The notes below the pieces were generated by a model. That model had not been told where the DNA came from and ran no database searches. It worked only from the letters and a program-made list of their open reading frames with translations. The translations under genes and the position numbers were made by a program. Source: Elusimicrobiota bacterium (GTDB taxonomy: Bacteria; Elusimicrobiota; Elusimicrobia; Elusimicrobiales; UBA9959). Taken from it: a DNA stretch of 49,378 nt. Each line of letters begins with the position of its first letter. Position 1 is the first letter of the stretch. Shown in pieces: positions 28,318 through 38,513 of the stretch. Location of the stretch: assembly GCA_027340875.1 (NCBI GenBank), contig DAIENX010000043.1:1-49378 (forward strand), in the 5' to 3' direction.

Positions 28318-28773
28318 TCATTCGTACTTGCGCTTGACCTCCCGTATACGGGCCAGGACGGAAGCGCGTTCCTCTCCGGATACCGTCTTAAGCTTCTCCA
28401 GCAGCGGCGCCAGCTCCGCGCGCAGGGCCTCTTTTCTCCGTCCCTTCTCGGCCCGTTCGGCCTTCTGGGCAGGGGTCAGCCCGGCCTCGGCCTCCGCGAC
28501 GGAAAGGGCGGCGGATAGTTCGCTTATGCGCTGCGTGGCGGTCTCTTTTTCTTTCGGGTCCTTCGTAGTCCGGACCAGATCTCCCAGCCTGGAAATTTCC
28601 ATCCGGACAGGATCTTTCCTGAAGGCCTCGCGCCTGGCCTTGCGCGCGGCCGCGTATTCGCTCATTCCCGGCCGCTGTCCGGGAGGAGTTTCCGCGCCCT
28701 GAACGGCCGGAACGGACACGGCCGGGAACAGGAGCGCGAACACGGACGTCAGATATTTCTTTTTCATTTTCAT
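28318..28773 (-). CDS. Small exported alpha-helical protein
   Basis: Signal peptide followed by a charged helical body; last gene of the fibre operon. Confidence 0.6.
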   Translation of the reverse strand: MKMKKKYLTSVFALLFPAVSVPAVQGAETPPGQRPGMSEYAAARKARREAFRKDPVRMEISRLGDLVRTTKDPKEKETATQRISELSAALSVAEAEAGLTPAQKAERAEKGRRKEALRAELAPLLEKLKTVSGEERASVLARIREVKRKYE

Positions 28774-28785
28774 ACGACGACCCTC

Positions 28786-31506
28786 TCAGTATTTCCTTAT
28801 GGCCCGCGGCCCGAAGACGGTGTTCACGCGTATTTTGGAGGCGTTCGGATCGTCTATATCAGTGAGGACCACTCCGTAAACGGAAGGCGCCTTGTAGACG
28901 CGCAGCTGGGAATTCAGATTTTCGGGTTTCTCGCAGGCGAGCTGCACAACGGCGGAACCGTCGTAATACTTCAACCCGCAGGCGCTGGTGTAATCCGGCA
29001 GCGGGCCGATGTACCCGGAGGTTGAGACCACCACTTCGTCGTAATAAGCGGTCTGCTGGAACGAGGCAGCGGAAGCCCAGCCCAGTCCCAGATAAAAATC
29101 GCTCCAGTAGCCCGCGTCGGAAATATTGGCATTGGGGACCGAAGCCGTAAGCGAACCGTTCACGTACAGGTTCGCCGTGACGGCCGCACCGGTGGCGGGG
29201 ACCAGCACTTCTATGGAATTCCACACGCCGGTGGCCACATAGGTGTTATAATCGCCGGGCCAGAGGTCGGCGGTATCGTTGAACTCAAGCCCCAGCCGCT
29301 GCTGGCCGGACGCGTTTTTCTGAACATAAAGCGAGACCGAGCAGGGCTGGCTATTGCCGCTGTTGCAAAGCTGGTTGGAACCGGCCATCTCCATGACCAC
29401 CCTGCTCTGGCCGTTGGACATGGCCGTGAAAAAATTGCCGCCCAGATACAGATAGAACCGCGCGTACGCCGAGGCAGGGAGGTTGACGTTCTTCACCAAC
29501 AGCGCGTCCGGCTGGGTGGCGCTGACGTCGTCGCATTTCAGGGAGGCCTTCGTCCTGAAGGCCATGGAGGTGGAGACGGTCACGCTGTTGGCGCCGCCGC
29601 CGTCCCATTCGGCATCCCATACGCCCATGGGCGAATCCGTCACGAGCGTGCTGTTATTGGGACGGTTGAAATCGTCCACCAGATATTTCGGCGCGCTCAG
29701 GCCTATGAAGTTGGCAGAGTTCGGCATTCCGTCCTGCAGATAGGAGGGGTTGACCGACAAGGCGTAAACCGTGGCGTTGGACTGCAGGGAAGTGTTGAGC
29801 GATACGGTGCGGAAATCGTCCTCGATGACGGCGGAATTGACGGTGAGCGGCGGATAGAAGGAATAGGTCGCCGTGTTCTGCCACTGCGGCTCGTTCGGGG
29901 AGACCGCGCGGTCGTAATACACCTTAACGGTGTTCGGAGCCGTGGCGGAGGCGTAGACCATGTATGGCTTCTCTATCTGGCCTATATACGTGAGCGACGA
30001 GACCACCACCTCGTCGTAATACAACCCGCGCTGCTCGGGGCCGAGGGGATTAATGTCGTTCCAGCCTTCCAGGCCGATGTAAAAATGGCGCCAGCTCACC
30101 GTTCCCATCGCCCCGACTATATTAGCTATGCGGTTGCCGTTGAGCCAGGCCTTGAGCGGCGCCGAGGCGCTGGGGGTGGAAATATATATTTCAAGGCAGT
30201 TCCACCTGTCCGGGGTTATAGGGATATTGCCGCCATAAGTGGCGCTGTTGGCCTCCAGGTAACCCATAGGCGCGCCTGCCACCTTGGTCAGGTGGAAGGC
30301 GACGTTCTTGGTGTAACCATTATTGTCGATAGTGGTTATTTTCTGGTCATAGCCGTTGCCGACCGCGCTGAAGAACCGGCTCGGGGCGTAGAAATAGAGC
30401 CTGTAATAGGCCTTGGTCAGCCTGGTGGGGGTGGTATAGAAGAGCCCGGCGTGGATACCGGCCGGACCGCCGGGAGAGCCGCTTTCTATGACTGGCATGG
30501 TGGAGGCGTCCATGACGAAAAGCGAGGAGTCGCCGTACAACCTGGTGGCGGTGGAAAGCGCCAGCCAGTTGCCGGGGGCCAGGTCGTTCCAGGTCCAGGA
30601 CGCGCCCGGCACGTCGGTAGTCACTATGGACTGGCCCTCGCGGTTGAAATTGTCCATGAACACGGAGTGCTCGCTGAAGCCTATGAAGTCTGCCGTATTA
30701 TTGGATCCCAGAACCGCTCCGTTCGCGCCGGAGACAGTATTGACCGTGAGAGTGTAGGTGGTGTTATGCGCCAGCGCGGAGGCCAGCTTCAGCTGCACCA
30801 CCCGGTTATTGTCCCTGCGCGCGGCGCTGGCCACCGTAAGCGCCGGGGACAGGGAATAATTCCCGGCGGTATCGCCTGCGGCGCCTACAGGCACGTTAAA
30901 ACCCACCCGCACCGTGTCGGAACTTATGATATCCACGCCCAGCACTTTCAATTCCGTCTCTTTCCGGGCGTAGATATTGTCCACCTCCATCCAGCCCGGC
31001 ACCGGAGCAGGAAGGGCAAAGGACACGTAATACACCGCGGTGCTCTGCGTAGCGGTGAAATAATCGGAAATAGGGACGTTGAAGCGCGTAAGACCGCCAG
31101 TGGGAAGGCTCTCCGCCGACCAGGAGTTAAGCGTTCTGTCGACGGTGGCGCCGCTGCCGCGCTTCAGCCGCAGCGACATGTTGAGCGCGGCGCTGCTGCC
31201 GCGGAAATCGAAGCTGATATAGTCATAACCGGAAAGGTCGTAGCCGCTGGTCCCGGAGGTGAGCGTGCTGTAGTAATAATCCCCGTTGGCGTCCCAGGTG
31301 GAACGCAGCACCCCTCCGGAGCAGGAAATGGCCTGCATCGTGCCGTCGTCGCCTGCCGGGGCGCCGAGATTATCCGGCGTGCACAGCCCGCTGGAGAAAT
31401 CCTGTATCAGCAGGTCGGCGGCCAAGGCCCCGCGCGGGGCGCAAACTCCGGCCGCCAACAACAGCGCCGCCGGCAAAAAAAGCCAGCCGCAGCCTTTCGC
31501 CTCCAT
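28786..31506 (-). CDS. Large secreted protein: CBM-like domain plus two (Ig-like + jelly-roll/lectin-like) units
   Basis: Signal peptide; DLSGYDYISFDFRG...EVDNI (CBM-like); two Ig-like segments; two units starting DNFNR/DDFNR and ending YYDEVVVS...YIG. Confidence 0.7.
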   Translation of the reverse strand: MEAKGCGWLFLPAALLLAAGVCAPRGALAADLLIQDFSSGLCTPDNLGAPAGDDGTMQAISCSGGVLRSTWDANGDYYYSTLTSGTSGYDLSGYDYISFDFRGSSAALNMSLRLKRGSGATVDRTLNSWSAESLPTGGLTRFNVPISDYFTATQSTAVYYVSFALPAPVPGWMEVDNIYARKETELKVLGVDIISSDTVRVGFNVPVGAAGDTAGNYSLSPALTVASAARRDNNRVVQLKLASALAHNTTYTLTVNTVSGANGAVLGSNNTADFIGFSEHSVFMDNFNREGQSIVTTDVPGASWTWNDLAPGNWLALSTATRLYGDSSLFVMDASTMPVIESGSPGGPAGIHAGLFYTTPTRLTKAYYRLYFYAPSRFFSAVGNGYDQKITTIDNNGYTKNVAFHLTKVAGAPMGYLEANSATYGGNIPITPDRWNCLEIYISTPSASAPLKAWLNGNRIANIVGAMGTVSWRHFYIGLEGWNDINPLGPEQRGLYYDEVVVSSLTYIGQIEKPYMVYASATAPNTVKVYYDRAVSPNEPQWQNTATYSFYPPLTVNSAVIEDDFRTVSLNTSLQSNATVYALSVNPSYLQDGMPNSANFIGLSAPKYLVDDFNRPNNSTLVTDSPMGVWDAEWDGGGANSVTVSTSMAFRTKASLKCDDVSATQPDALLVKNVNLPASAYARFYLYLGGNFFTAMSNGQSRVVMEMAGSNQLCNSGNSQPCSVSLYVQKNASGQQRLGLEFNDTADLWPGDYNTYVATGVWNSIEVLVPATGAAVTANLYVNGSLTASVPNANISDAGYWSDFYLGLGWASAASFQQTAYYDEVVVSTSGYIGPLPDYTSACGLKYYDGSAVVQLACEKPENLNSQLRVYKAPSVYGVVLTDIDDPNASKIRVNTVFGPRAIRKY

Positions 31507-34500
31507 CAGTTGGTCCTCAGCCAGATCTGGCCCGTGACCGGAGCCGCCGGGTCAGAGGTGCGGTTCTCTATCACAAGATTCCGGATATTGGTGATGCCGG
31601 TGGAAGAGACCGCCACGCTGTACTGCCCCGCGGTCGAAGAGGTGGAAATGTAAGCGGTGTACGTGCCCGCAGTATAGGCCGTGACGTCCAGCTTCGCCTG
31701 CGGGCTCGTGGTCCCCACGCCCATGTTACCGGCGGTGTCGACAACCAATTTATCTCCGGTTCCTAGTGCGGCGTTGTAGGAAAGTTTCCACTTATTGGAA
31801 TCCGAAGTATCCAGGCCTGCCCGCCAGTGCACGCCGTTATCCCAGACGATCTCAGCGTCCCCGCCCGAGGCGCCGCCCGCCATGGCCACAAATCTGGCGT
31901 CGGAGCCGGCCGTATTGCTGGCGTTCTGCACCACCGACCGCACCACCCCCCCAGAAACGGTTTTGCTCACATGCAGATCATAATTCGGCGCCGTGGGCCC
32001 TATGCCGACGTTGCCGTCGGCGCGGACCATGAACAGCCCTGCTGCGTTCTGTGAGGACACCTGCAACACCGCCGCCGTCGGGGCCTGGGAACTCTTGACA
32101 TCCAGCTTCGCCGCCGGGCCGGTGGTCCCTATTCCGACATTACTATTCGAGTTCTGATAAAGACCGATATCGCTGCTTGAGACAGAGGTCTGAAGGCGGA
32201 TATTCATACCTCCCAGTGTCAGGACATCAGAGATATAGTCCAGGCCACCCCACACAACCGAGGGATAACTCCCATTGCCGAATGAAGAAGTGCCGCCCGG
32301 ATCCCCAAGCCACAAAATCCCATTTCCAAGTTGGCCATAGCTATTCGTCCCGGCCTTGACTATGGATGCTTTAACATTGCCTGAGACATCCAGCGCTTCA
32401 CTAGGATTTGTGGTCCCAATCCCAACTTTGCCGTCGGCGCGGACCACGAGCATGCCCGTGGCGTTCTGCGAGGATACCTGCAGCACGGCCGCCGTCGGGG
32501 CCTGGGAACTCTTGACATCCAGCTTCGCCGCCGGGCTGACAGTCCCTATCCCCACATTGCCGGCTGTATCGATATAAAACTTCGCATTGGCCAAATTAGA
32601 GGTTGTTGAAACTCCCCATCCACTTTCAGGCGAACCCCCATTATACAATCCGCTTCCGAAAACCCAATCCGTAACGCCACCTGTCTGCGTTGCGACCCAG
32701 TTCGAACGCGCATTATTGCTCCTATTTAAAATGACCTGGGAGCCGTTGGAAGCGTTATTCGTATCAAGCCTAAGTATAGCCTGCGTGGTATCGGCGATGT
32801 CCAGTTTGTATACAGGCGTCGCGATTCCTATGCCCACGTTGCCGGAGCTGTCTATACGCATCCTCTCCGAAAGCACATCCGTGGCGGGGGAAGTGTAAAA
32901 CGCCAGCGCTCCGGTAAACCCGCTAGCAAGTTCCGTTATTCCGGAAATCTGGCCTTGTGCGCGAACAGCGCCGCCAGTACCAGAACCTTTAAAGAGCATG
33001 TTCGTGGCATCACCGTTAACGCCTATGCCGCCAGCCTCAAGCGTAAGCAGAGTATCGTTGCCGGTCCGCGCCTTATACACCTCAAGCGGAATTCCGGGAG
33101 AGGCAACACCTATACCGACATAACCGTTGTTAAGGACCGCCAGCGTAGACCCCGCGACCTTGAACAACGGATTGGTTCCGGTCACACCTGTGCCGGTTAT
33201 GGTCATGCTGGAAACGTTGTCCACGGCTTTGTTGGACATCTCCAGCCGGTTCGTGGCGATATGATTGCCAAGGTTATCTCCGGGCACGCCGGTCAGGCCG
33301 GACCCGTCGCCGTAGAACTTCGTCGCGTACACGTTGCCCGGCGTATACACGTGGCTCGACACGTACACCCCGCCGTAATACGCCGCCGTGGTGGAGCTTA
33401 TCTCCACGTTGGGGTTCAGGTAGAGCTTGTCGGCGTTCACGCCTAAAGCGGAGGTGGCTGTAAACGAAGACATAGTCATCGCCACCGAGCCGCCTATCTG
33501 CCCGGCAGACTCGATACGCATCCGCTCAGCGCCGTTCGTCACGAAGCCGAGAATATCCGTGCCGGGATGGTATATGCCGGCATTCGTGTCACCCGTCCAG
33601 CTGAACGACGGCGCGGACACCGTATCCGACGGCTGCCCCAGGAACTGCGTATCGGTATCCACCACACCGCTGAGCTTTGACATCCCCTTCACATACAGGC
33701 TGGTGCTTACATATACGCCGCCATAATACGTCGCGGTAGCAGAGCTTATCTCCACGTTCGCATTGAGGTACACCTTATTGGCGCGCAGCCCTATGCCGGT
33801 AGCCGTATACGACGACGCGGTAATCGCGCCGGAGTTAGTTATCTGGAACCCGCCCATGTCCAGCGTCTTCGTAGCCACGTGCGTACCGAGATTGTCGCCG
33901 GCGCCGGTCAGGCCGGAACCGTCGCCCACGAACCTCGCCGCCATCATCACGCCGGTGTCGCTCATGGAGGAGATCACCGTTCCGCCGGAGTTACGCCAGA
34001 TCTGTGTCATCGTGGCTGGCGTGGAACCGGTCCCCAGCACGTCCAGCCGCCCCTGCGGCACGCCCGTGGAAAGGCCTATATTACCAGTCGTGGTCATCAC
34101 AAATCTGCCATACGCACGAAGGGTGGAGTCCGTATACATACTGCCTAGGCCGCCGGTGTTGCCGATAATGAGCTCAGAATTGGTCTGGGCGATATAGCCC
34201 TCCCGCGAGCCACTGGTCAGCAACGAGATGACCTGCGCCTGGTCTGGAGAATTTCCTCCGGAAAGTTGCATCGTGCGCTGGCCGGTCATATCCCCGATCT
34301 GGAGGTAATGCATGGGATTGCTGGTCCCTATCCCCACGTAACCGGCAAAATAGTTCTTGCCACCAGTCCCGCTGGAAATTATCACGCCGGTCTGCGAAAT
34401 ATTGCCGGCCACGGTCAACTTCTGGTCGGGCGTGGTAGTTCCGAGACCGACGCCGCCGCCAAGGTATACCTGGCCGTCTCCGCGGAGGGAAAAGATATTT

Positions 34501-36911
34501 CCGCCGGCGTTGTTCCTGGCCATCATGTAATAAGAGCCGCTATCGTTGGTAAGCGCGCCGAACTCCGTCCCGTATATCGGAGAGCCTGTCCACACGTCAG
34601 AACCGCCCGTGTGAAATACCGCTCCCCCGATCACATCCAACGGCATCCTGGGAGTGGCGGTGTTAATCCCGAGATTGCCGCTGATAAAAACATGCGTGGA
34701 GATACCAAGGCCCGGCTGGTTGCCGGTGGTGAACGCCGTGGCGGCGTTAATGGTCAGCGTACCCGTCATGGTGTCGCCGGTTTTAAGCACCTTGGTGTTG
34801 TCGGTGGCGGTAACGCCGCTAAGCCCGGACCCGTCGCCTATGAACTTGCTGGCCATCATCACGCCGGTGTCGCTCATGGAGGAGATCACCGTTCCGCCGG
34901 AGTTACGCCAGATCTGTGTCATCGTGGCTGGCGTAGAACCCGTCCCCAGCACGTCCAGCCGCCCCTGCGGCACGCCGGTGGAAAGGCCGACGCTTCCGTT
35001 TGTCTTGATAACCATCCGCTGATTCACGACACTATCAAATGAGACGTCCGCCGTATGCGCAGCACTGGGCTCGGCAAAGAACCGAATGTCACCACCCCCC
35101 CCGAACGTTCCCAACTCTATACCTGCCGCTCCGTATGTCCCTGTATATGAATATTTATAGCCGTCAGCCGCGCTATCCAATTTCAGCCCGCCAAGAATGT
35201 TAAGGTCGGCGCTGCTGTAGCTTGTTCCGATCGAGGCATAATGATTGTTCCCGCCACGCCCCCCCCAAACCAGGGATCTGCCAGAGGTACCCGCGCCCAA
35301 ATCAAGAACTGCTTGAGGATTCTCCGTACCAATGCCCACATAGCCTTTCGTGGAAACATATAAATGCGACGTGGCCATGGAAGTGGAAATCCACAGCGAG
35401 GACGCTACCGTGTCCGGCGCGATTATCGTCATGGACGACACGTTATTTATCTGGAAGCCGGCCATATCCAGCGTCTTCGTCGCCACGTGCGTGCCCAGGC
35501 TGTCGCCGCCTCCGCCTGCACTTATGCCTGTCAGCCCGGACCCGTCGCCGACGAACTTGTTCGCCATCATCACGCCGGTGGCGGACATGGAGCCCACTAT
35601 GACCCCATCAGACTTGCGCCAGAGCTGCGCGAACTGCGTCTGTACCGTGCCGGTGCTCACCACGTCCAGCGCCGCCTGCGGTACCCGCGTGCTTAGGCCT
35701 ATCGTCTTTGCCGCCAGGTCCCCGTAAAGCACGCCGCCTATGTTGAGCTCGTTCGAAGCGGTGGCGGCTGACGCGTCCTGGTCATAGCCTATGACGATGT
35801 TGCGCGCGCCGCTGGTAAGCGCGTCGCCGGCCTGCCAGCCCAGCAGGATATTGTCAGAGCCAGTGGACAATCCATAACCGGCCCTGTAGCCGACCAGGGT
35901 GGAATTGGAGAAGGAATTCGAAGGCACTCCGTAGCCGGCTTCACTGCCCAATATGGCGTTGTAAGAACCGGTCTTAGTATTATAACCCGCGTAGAACCCG
36001 GCCATTAGATTGTAGTTGCCGGTGGTATTGTACGCGCCCGCGTTCGAGCCCACAAAGGAATTACGGATACCGATGGTGGTGTATACGCCCGCACCCATTC
36101 CAAAAAAGGAGTTCCCGTTCCCTGTGGTGTTCGAGTACCCCGCATTCCAGCCAAAAAACGAGTTGTCGGACGAAGTATTGGAATGGCCGGCCTGGTAGCC
36201 GACAAAAGAGTTATACGCGCCCGTCACTGTGGATGAGCCGGCATTCATCCCTATGAAGATGTTCCCGTTCCCCGCGTTCAGCTTGCCCGCATTATAGCCA
36301 ATCCCCAAACTACCGGCACCCGGGAGTATGGCCAGCACCGTGCTGCCGTTTATCTGATAGCGCGCTGCCGTGATGTCGCTGGAAGTATTAACGCCATAGA
36401 CGCCCATCTGCAGCGTGGTGGTGGCGATGTGGCTGCCCAGGTTGTCGCCGGAGACCATGTCGGTCACGCTGGACCACTGCATGCCGCCGCCGGCGACCTT
36501 GGAAAGAACCTGGCCGACAGCGCCGCCGCCGACGTGCATGTTGCCGGGGATGGTGAAGCTGCTCACGCCGGTAAAGTACGCTCCCCCGGCCGCGAACGTG
36601 GAGCCGCCCACGAAGTACGCGCCGGAAGAAACGGCCAGATAACCGTTCACTACGGCGTTGCCAGCTCCTACGACAGCGCCGGTATAGACGGCCTGGGTGG
36701 AACCGAAGACGGTGAAACCTTTTATTTCGGTATCGGGGTCCGCGGCGGTACCGTTGATGCCCAGCACCGTCAGGTCGTCCTCGGAGCCCAGCTCGGTCTG
36801 GGCCGCTACGCGGCAGGGCGCCGCGAGCGATATGCAGAACATAAGCGAGAGCGCGCCGGCGCGGAATGCGCCGGTCCTTACCGCGGATATCAAGAACCTT
36901 GCACGACCCAT
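31506..36911 (-). CDS. Giant fibre/adhesin-like secreted repeat protein (~1800 aa)
   Basis: Signal-like N-terminus; many GNVGIGT..P..KLDV, FxGDGSGLTG and GDNLGxHxAT repeats; 14-residue TTGxxNxxxGxxAG repeats. ATG 36959 overlaps the -10 box, so 36911 is preferred. Confidence 0.8.
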   Translation of the reverse strand: MGRARFLISAVRTGAFRAGALSLMFCISLAAPCRVAAQTELGSEDDLTVLGINGTAADPDTEIKGFTVFGSTQAVYTGAVVGAGNAVVNGYLAVSSGAYFVGGSTFAAGGAYFTGVSSFTIPGNMHVGGGAVGQVLSKVAGGGMQWSSVTDMVSGDNLGSHIATTTLQMGVYGVNTSSDITAARYQINGSTVLAILPGAGSLGIGYNAGKLNAGNGNIFIGMNAGSSTVTGAYNSFVGYQAGHSNTSSDNSFFGWNAGYSNTTGNGNSFFGMGAGVYTTIGIRNSFVGSNAGAYNTTGNYNLMAGFYAGYNTKTGSYNAILGSEAGYGVPSNSFSNSTLVGYRAGYGLSTGSDNILLGWQAGDALTSGARNIVIGYDQDASAATASNELNIGGVLYGDLAAKTIGLSTRVPQAALDVVSTGTVQTQFAQLWRKSDGVIVGSMSATGVMMANKFVGDGSGLTGISAGGGGDSLGTHVATKTLDMAGFQINNVSSMTIIAPDTVASSLWISTSMATSHLYVSTKGYVGIGTENPQAVLDLGAGTSGRSLVWGGRGGNNHYASIGTSYSSADLNILGGLKLDSAADGYKYSYTGTYGAAGIELGTFGGGGDIRFFAEPSAAHTADVSFDSVVNQRMVIKTNGSVGLSTGVPQGRLDVLGTGSTPATMTQIWRNSGGTVISSMSDTGVMMASKFIGDGSGLSGVTATDNTKVLKTGDTMTGTLTINAATAFTTGNQPGLGISTHVFISGNLGINTATPRMPLDVIGGAVFHTGGSDVWTGSPIYGTEFGALTNDSGSYYMMARNNAGGNIFSLRGDGQVYLGGGVGLGTTTPDQKLTVAGNISQTGVIISSGTGGKNYFAGYVGIGTSNPMHYLQIGDMTGQRTMQLSGGNSPDQAQVISLLTSGSREGYIAQTNSELIIGNTGGLGSMYTDSTLRAYGRFVMTTTGNIGLSTGVPQGRLDVLGTGSTPATMTQIWRNSGGTVISSMSDTGVMMAARFVGDGSGLTGAGDNLGTHVATKTLDMGGFQITNSGAITASSYTATGIGLRANKVYLNANVEISSATATYYGGVYVSTSLYVKGMSKLSGVVDTDTQFLGQPSDTVSAPSFSWTGDTNAGIYHPGTDILGFVTNGAERMRIESAGQIGGSVAMTMSSFTATSALGVNADKLYLNPNVEISSTTAAYYGGVYVSSHVYTPGNVYATKFYGDGSGLTGVPGDNLGNHIATNRLEMSNKAVDNVSSMTITGTGVTGTNPLFKVAGSTLAVLNNGYVGIGVASPGIPLEVYKARTGNDTLLTLEAGGIGVNGDATNMLFKGSGTGGAVRAQGQISGITELASGFTGALAFYTSPATDVLSERMRIDSSGNVGIGIATPVYKLDIADTTQAILRLDTNNASNGSQVILNRSNNARSNWVATQTGGVTDWVFGSGLYNGGSPESGWGVSTTSNLANAKFYIDTAGNVGIGTVSPAAKLDVKSSQAPTAAVLQVSSQNATGMLVVRADGKVGIGTTNPSEALDVSGNVKASIVKAGTNSYGQLGNGILWLGDPGGTSSFGNGSYPSVVWGGLDYISDVLTLGGMNIRLQTSVSSSDIGLYQNSNSNVGIGTTGPAAKLDVKSSQAPTAAVLQVSSQNAAGLFMVRADGNVGIGPTAPNYDLHVSKTVSGGVVRSVVQNASNTAGSDARFVAMAGGASGGDAEIVWDNGVHWRAGLDTSDSNKWKLSYNAALGTGDKLVVDTAGNMGVGTTSPQAKLDVTAYTAGTYTAYISTSSTAGQYSVAVSSTGITNIRNLVIENRTSDPAAPVTGQIWLRTN
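32011..32536. repeat. ~109-bp intragenic direct repeat (32011-32119 and 32428-32536)
   Basis: Both copies encode PAAKLDVKSSQAPTAAVLQVSSQNA.G...VRADG. Confidence 0.85.
33940..34988. repeat. 137-bp intragenic direct repeat (33940-34076 and 34852-34988)
   Basis: 3 mismatches by manual comparison; encodes GLSTGVPQGRLDVLGTGSTPATMTQIWRNSGGTVISSMSDTGVMMA. A diverged third copy lies near 35560-35700. Confidence 0.9.
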
Positions 36912-36957
36912 ATTACCGACCTTCACCCCGCCGCCGGATATTTTTAAAACGAATGGC

Positions 36958-36990
36958 ATTATAGCTGAAACCTCCGCCGAGAATCCCGAA
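36958..36990 (-). promoter_or_regulatory. Island promoter motif copy 4
   Basis: TTCGGGATTC-N17-TATAAT upstream of the giant fibre gene. Confidence 0.78.
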
Positions 36991-36993
36991 GCG

Positions 36994-38409
36994 CTACTTG
37001 TTCCTGAGCCATGCGGCCACTTTGTCGCCCGAATTCAATATCATTATGTACTCTCCCGAGTTCTGCGTGCCCGCCACTTCCATCTTCGCGCGCGGCGCCT
37101 CGGTGCCTATGCCTACGGCGCCGGAGGTGGAGACCACTACCTGGCGGGCGGCGCCCGTGGAAACGGAAAAGCTATAGGCCTGGGTATCCGCGCCCCTGAC
37201 CTCCAGGCGGGCGGACGCGCCCGTCATGCCTATGGCGACGTTGCCGGTGGGCTCCACGGAAAGCCCTTCCTGGGAAGACGAGCCTTTAAGTCTGGCCGTC
37301 CCCATGACCTTCAGGGAATTATCCACGTCAAGATCGGTCAGGGTGGCGGAAGAGACATAAGCCACTCCGGGCACTTTAAGGATATTATTAATATTGAGAT
37401 CGTTGGCGGTGCCGGACGACACATAGAACGTCGCCCCGCTCTGCAACGTATCCTGATCATGTATTGAAAGCGGGTCGACCTCCAGCCCGCCGGCCGCCCC
37501 GCTGCCGCAGACCCACTGGCCTCCGCTCAACTGCAGTATATCGCCGTTGGCGCAGCCCGACTGGTTGAGCTTGGCCCTCGTTATCGAATTATCCGCGAGG
37601 TCCTGGTTCTGTATCGTCCCGTCGACTATGTGCGTCGAAACTATCACCGCGCCTATCCTGTCCCCCGAAAGGGAGCCGAGAGATATCCGTGACGCGTTGA
37701 GATCATATATCCCCGAGCCGTCGCCCAGCAGCCACCCCGCGCTGACCGAAGAAGAAACGCCGATATATCCCATCACCGTATGGGTGCCTAACGAAGTTAT
37801 AGGGTCCGTGCCCGTACCGGCGTGAGTAAGCGCATGCAGTCCCGGCACCCCGGAACCTGAGGTCGGCACCCAGACCGCCCCGTTCCAGAACTTCACCAGG
37901 CCGGAAGAGGAGTCGTACCAGAGCTCCCCAGGCGCCGACGCCGTAGGCGTTGAAGCGGCCGTGGTGTAGCGCTTGCCGGAAAGCATCAGGGAATCTATCG
38001 AATACGGAGAGGAGGTGAGCTCCTCCCTAGGCGACATGCGGTTGCCTTCGATCTCCAGCTCAAGCCACATGCTGCCGGTCTCCCAGTCCGCTATGGACGG
38101 CTCCAGCGTTACACGGAATATTCCTGTCGAAAGGTCGACATTGTACGCGGGACTGGCCCAGAGCTCCGTGGCGGACGTGGACGAATCATAGATGCGGAAG
38201 ACCATGGAGCGGCTGCCGTTGACCAGGAACCCGTTCTGGCGCAGGTTGCCCTGGTAGGTGAACTTGACGGGAACTTCGGCCGCCGCGGCAGCGGGGAAGA
38301 GAATGCCCCCAGCCAGCAGCAACAGCGAAACAGGCATGGCAAGGCCAAGCCCGGTTAAGAGCCTGCCCAGCGCTTTTTTTGCCGTTTCGACCGTTTTCAT
38401 ATGCCGCAT
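36994..38409 (-). CDS. Secreted fibre-like protein
   Basis: Signal peptide; VPVKFTYQGNLR...SPYS N-terminal domain, PGELWYD...KFWNG, GDGSG and GNVAIG/GAVGIGT repeats. Confidence 0.75.
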   Translation of the reverse strand: MRHMKTVETAKKALGRLLTGLGLAMPVSLLLLAGGILFPAAAAAEVPVKFTYQGNLRQNGFLVNGSRSMVFRIYDSSTSATELWASPAYNVDLSTGIFRVTLEPSIADWETGSMWLELEIEGNRMSPREELTSSPYSIDSLMLSGKRYTTAASTPTASAPGELWYDSSSGLVKFWNGAVWVPTSGSGVPGLHALTHAGTGTDPITSLGTHTVMGYIGVSSSVSAGWLLGDGSGIYDLNASRISLGSLSGDRIGAVIVSTHIVDGTIQNQDLADNSITRAKLNQSGCANGDILQLSGGQWVCGSGAAGGLEVDPLSIHDQDTLQSGATFYVSSGTANDLNINNILKVPGVAYVSSATLTDLDVDNSLKVMGTARLKGSSSQEGLSVEPTGNVAIGMTGASARLEVRGADTQAYSFSVSTGAARQVVVSTSGAVGIGTEAPRAKMEVAGTQNSGEYIMILNSGDKVAAWLRNK

Positions 38410-38513
38410 AAAGCCGGTATCCGGCTCTACGCCCCGCTAAATTCCCGGCCCCTCCCGCAACTTCCACCGGGCCTATTCCCGGCGGACCATAAGGAGGAGC
38501 ATGAACCTGCTTC

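Noticed and set aside
38420..38450. Seventh copy of the island promoter motif upstream of the 471-aa gene
   Set aside because: Only CCGGGAATTT, and no TATAAT-like box at the right spacing.
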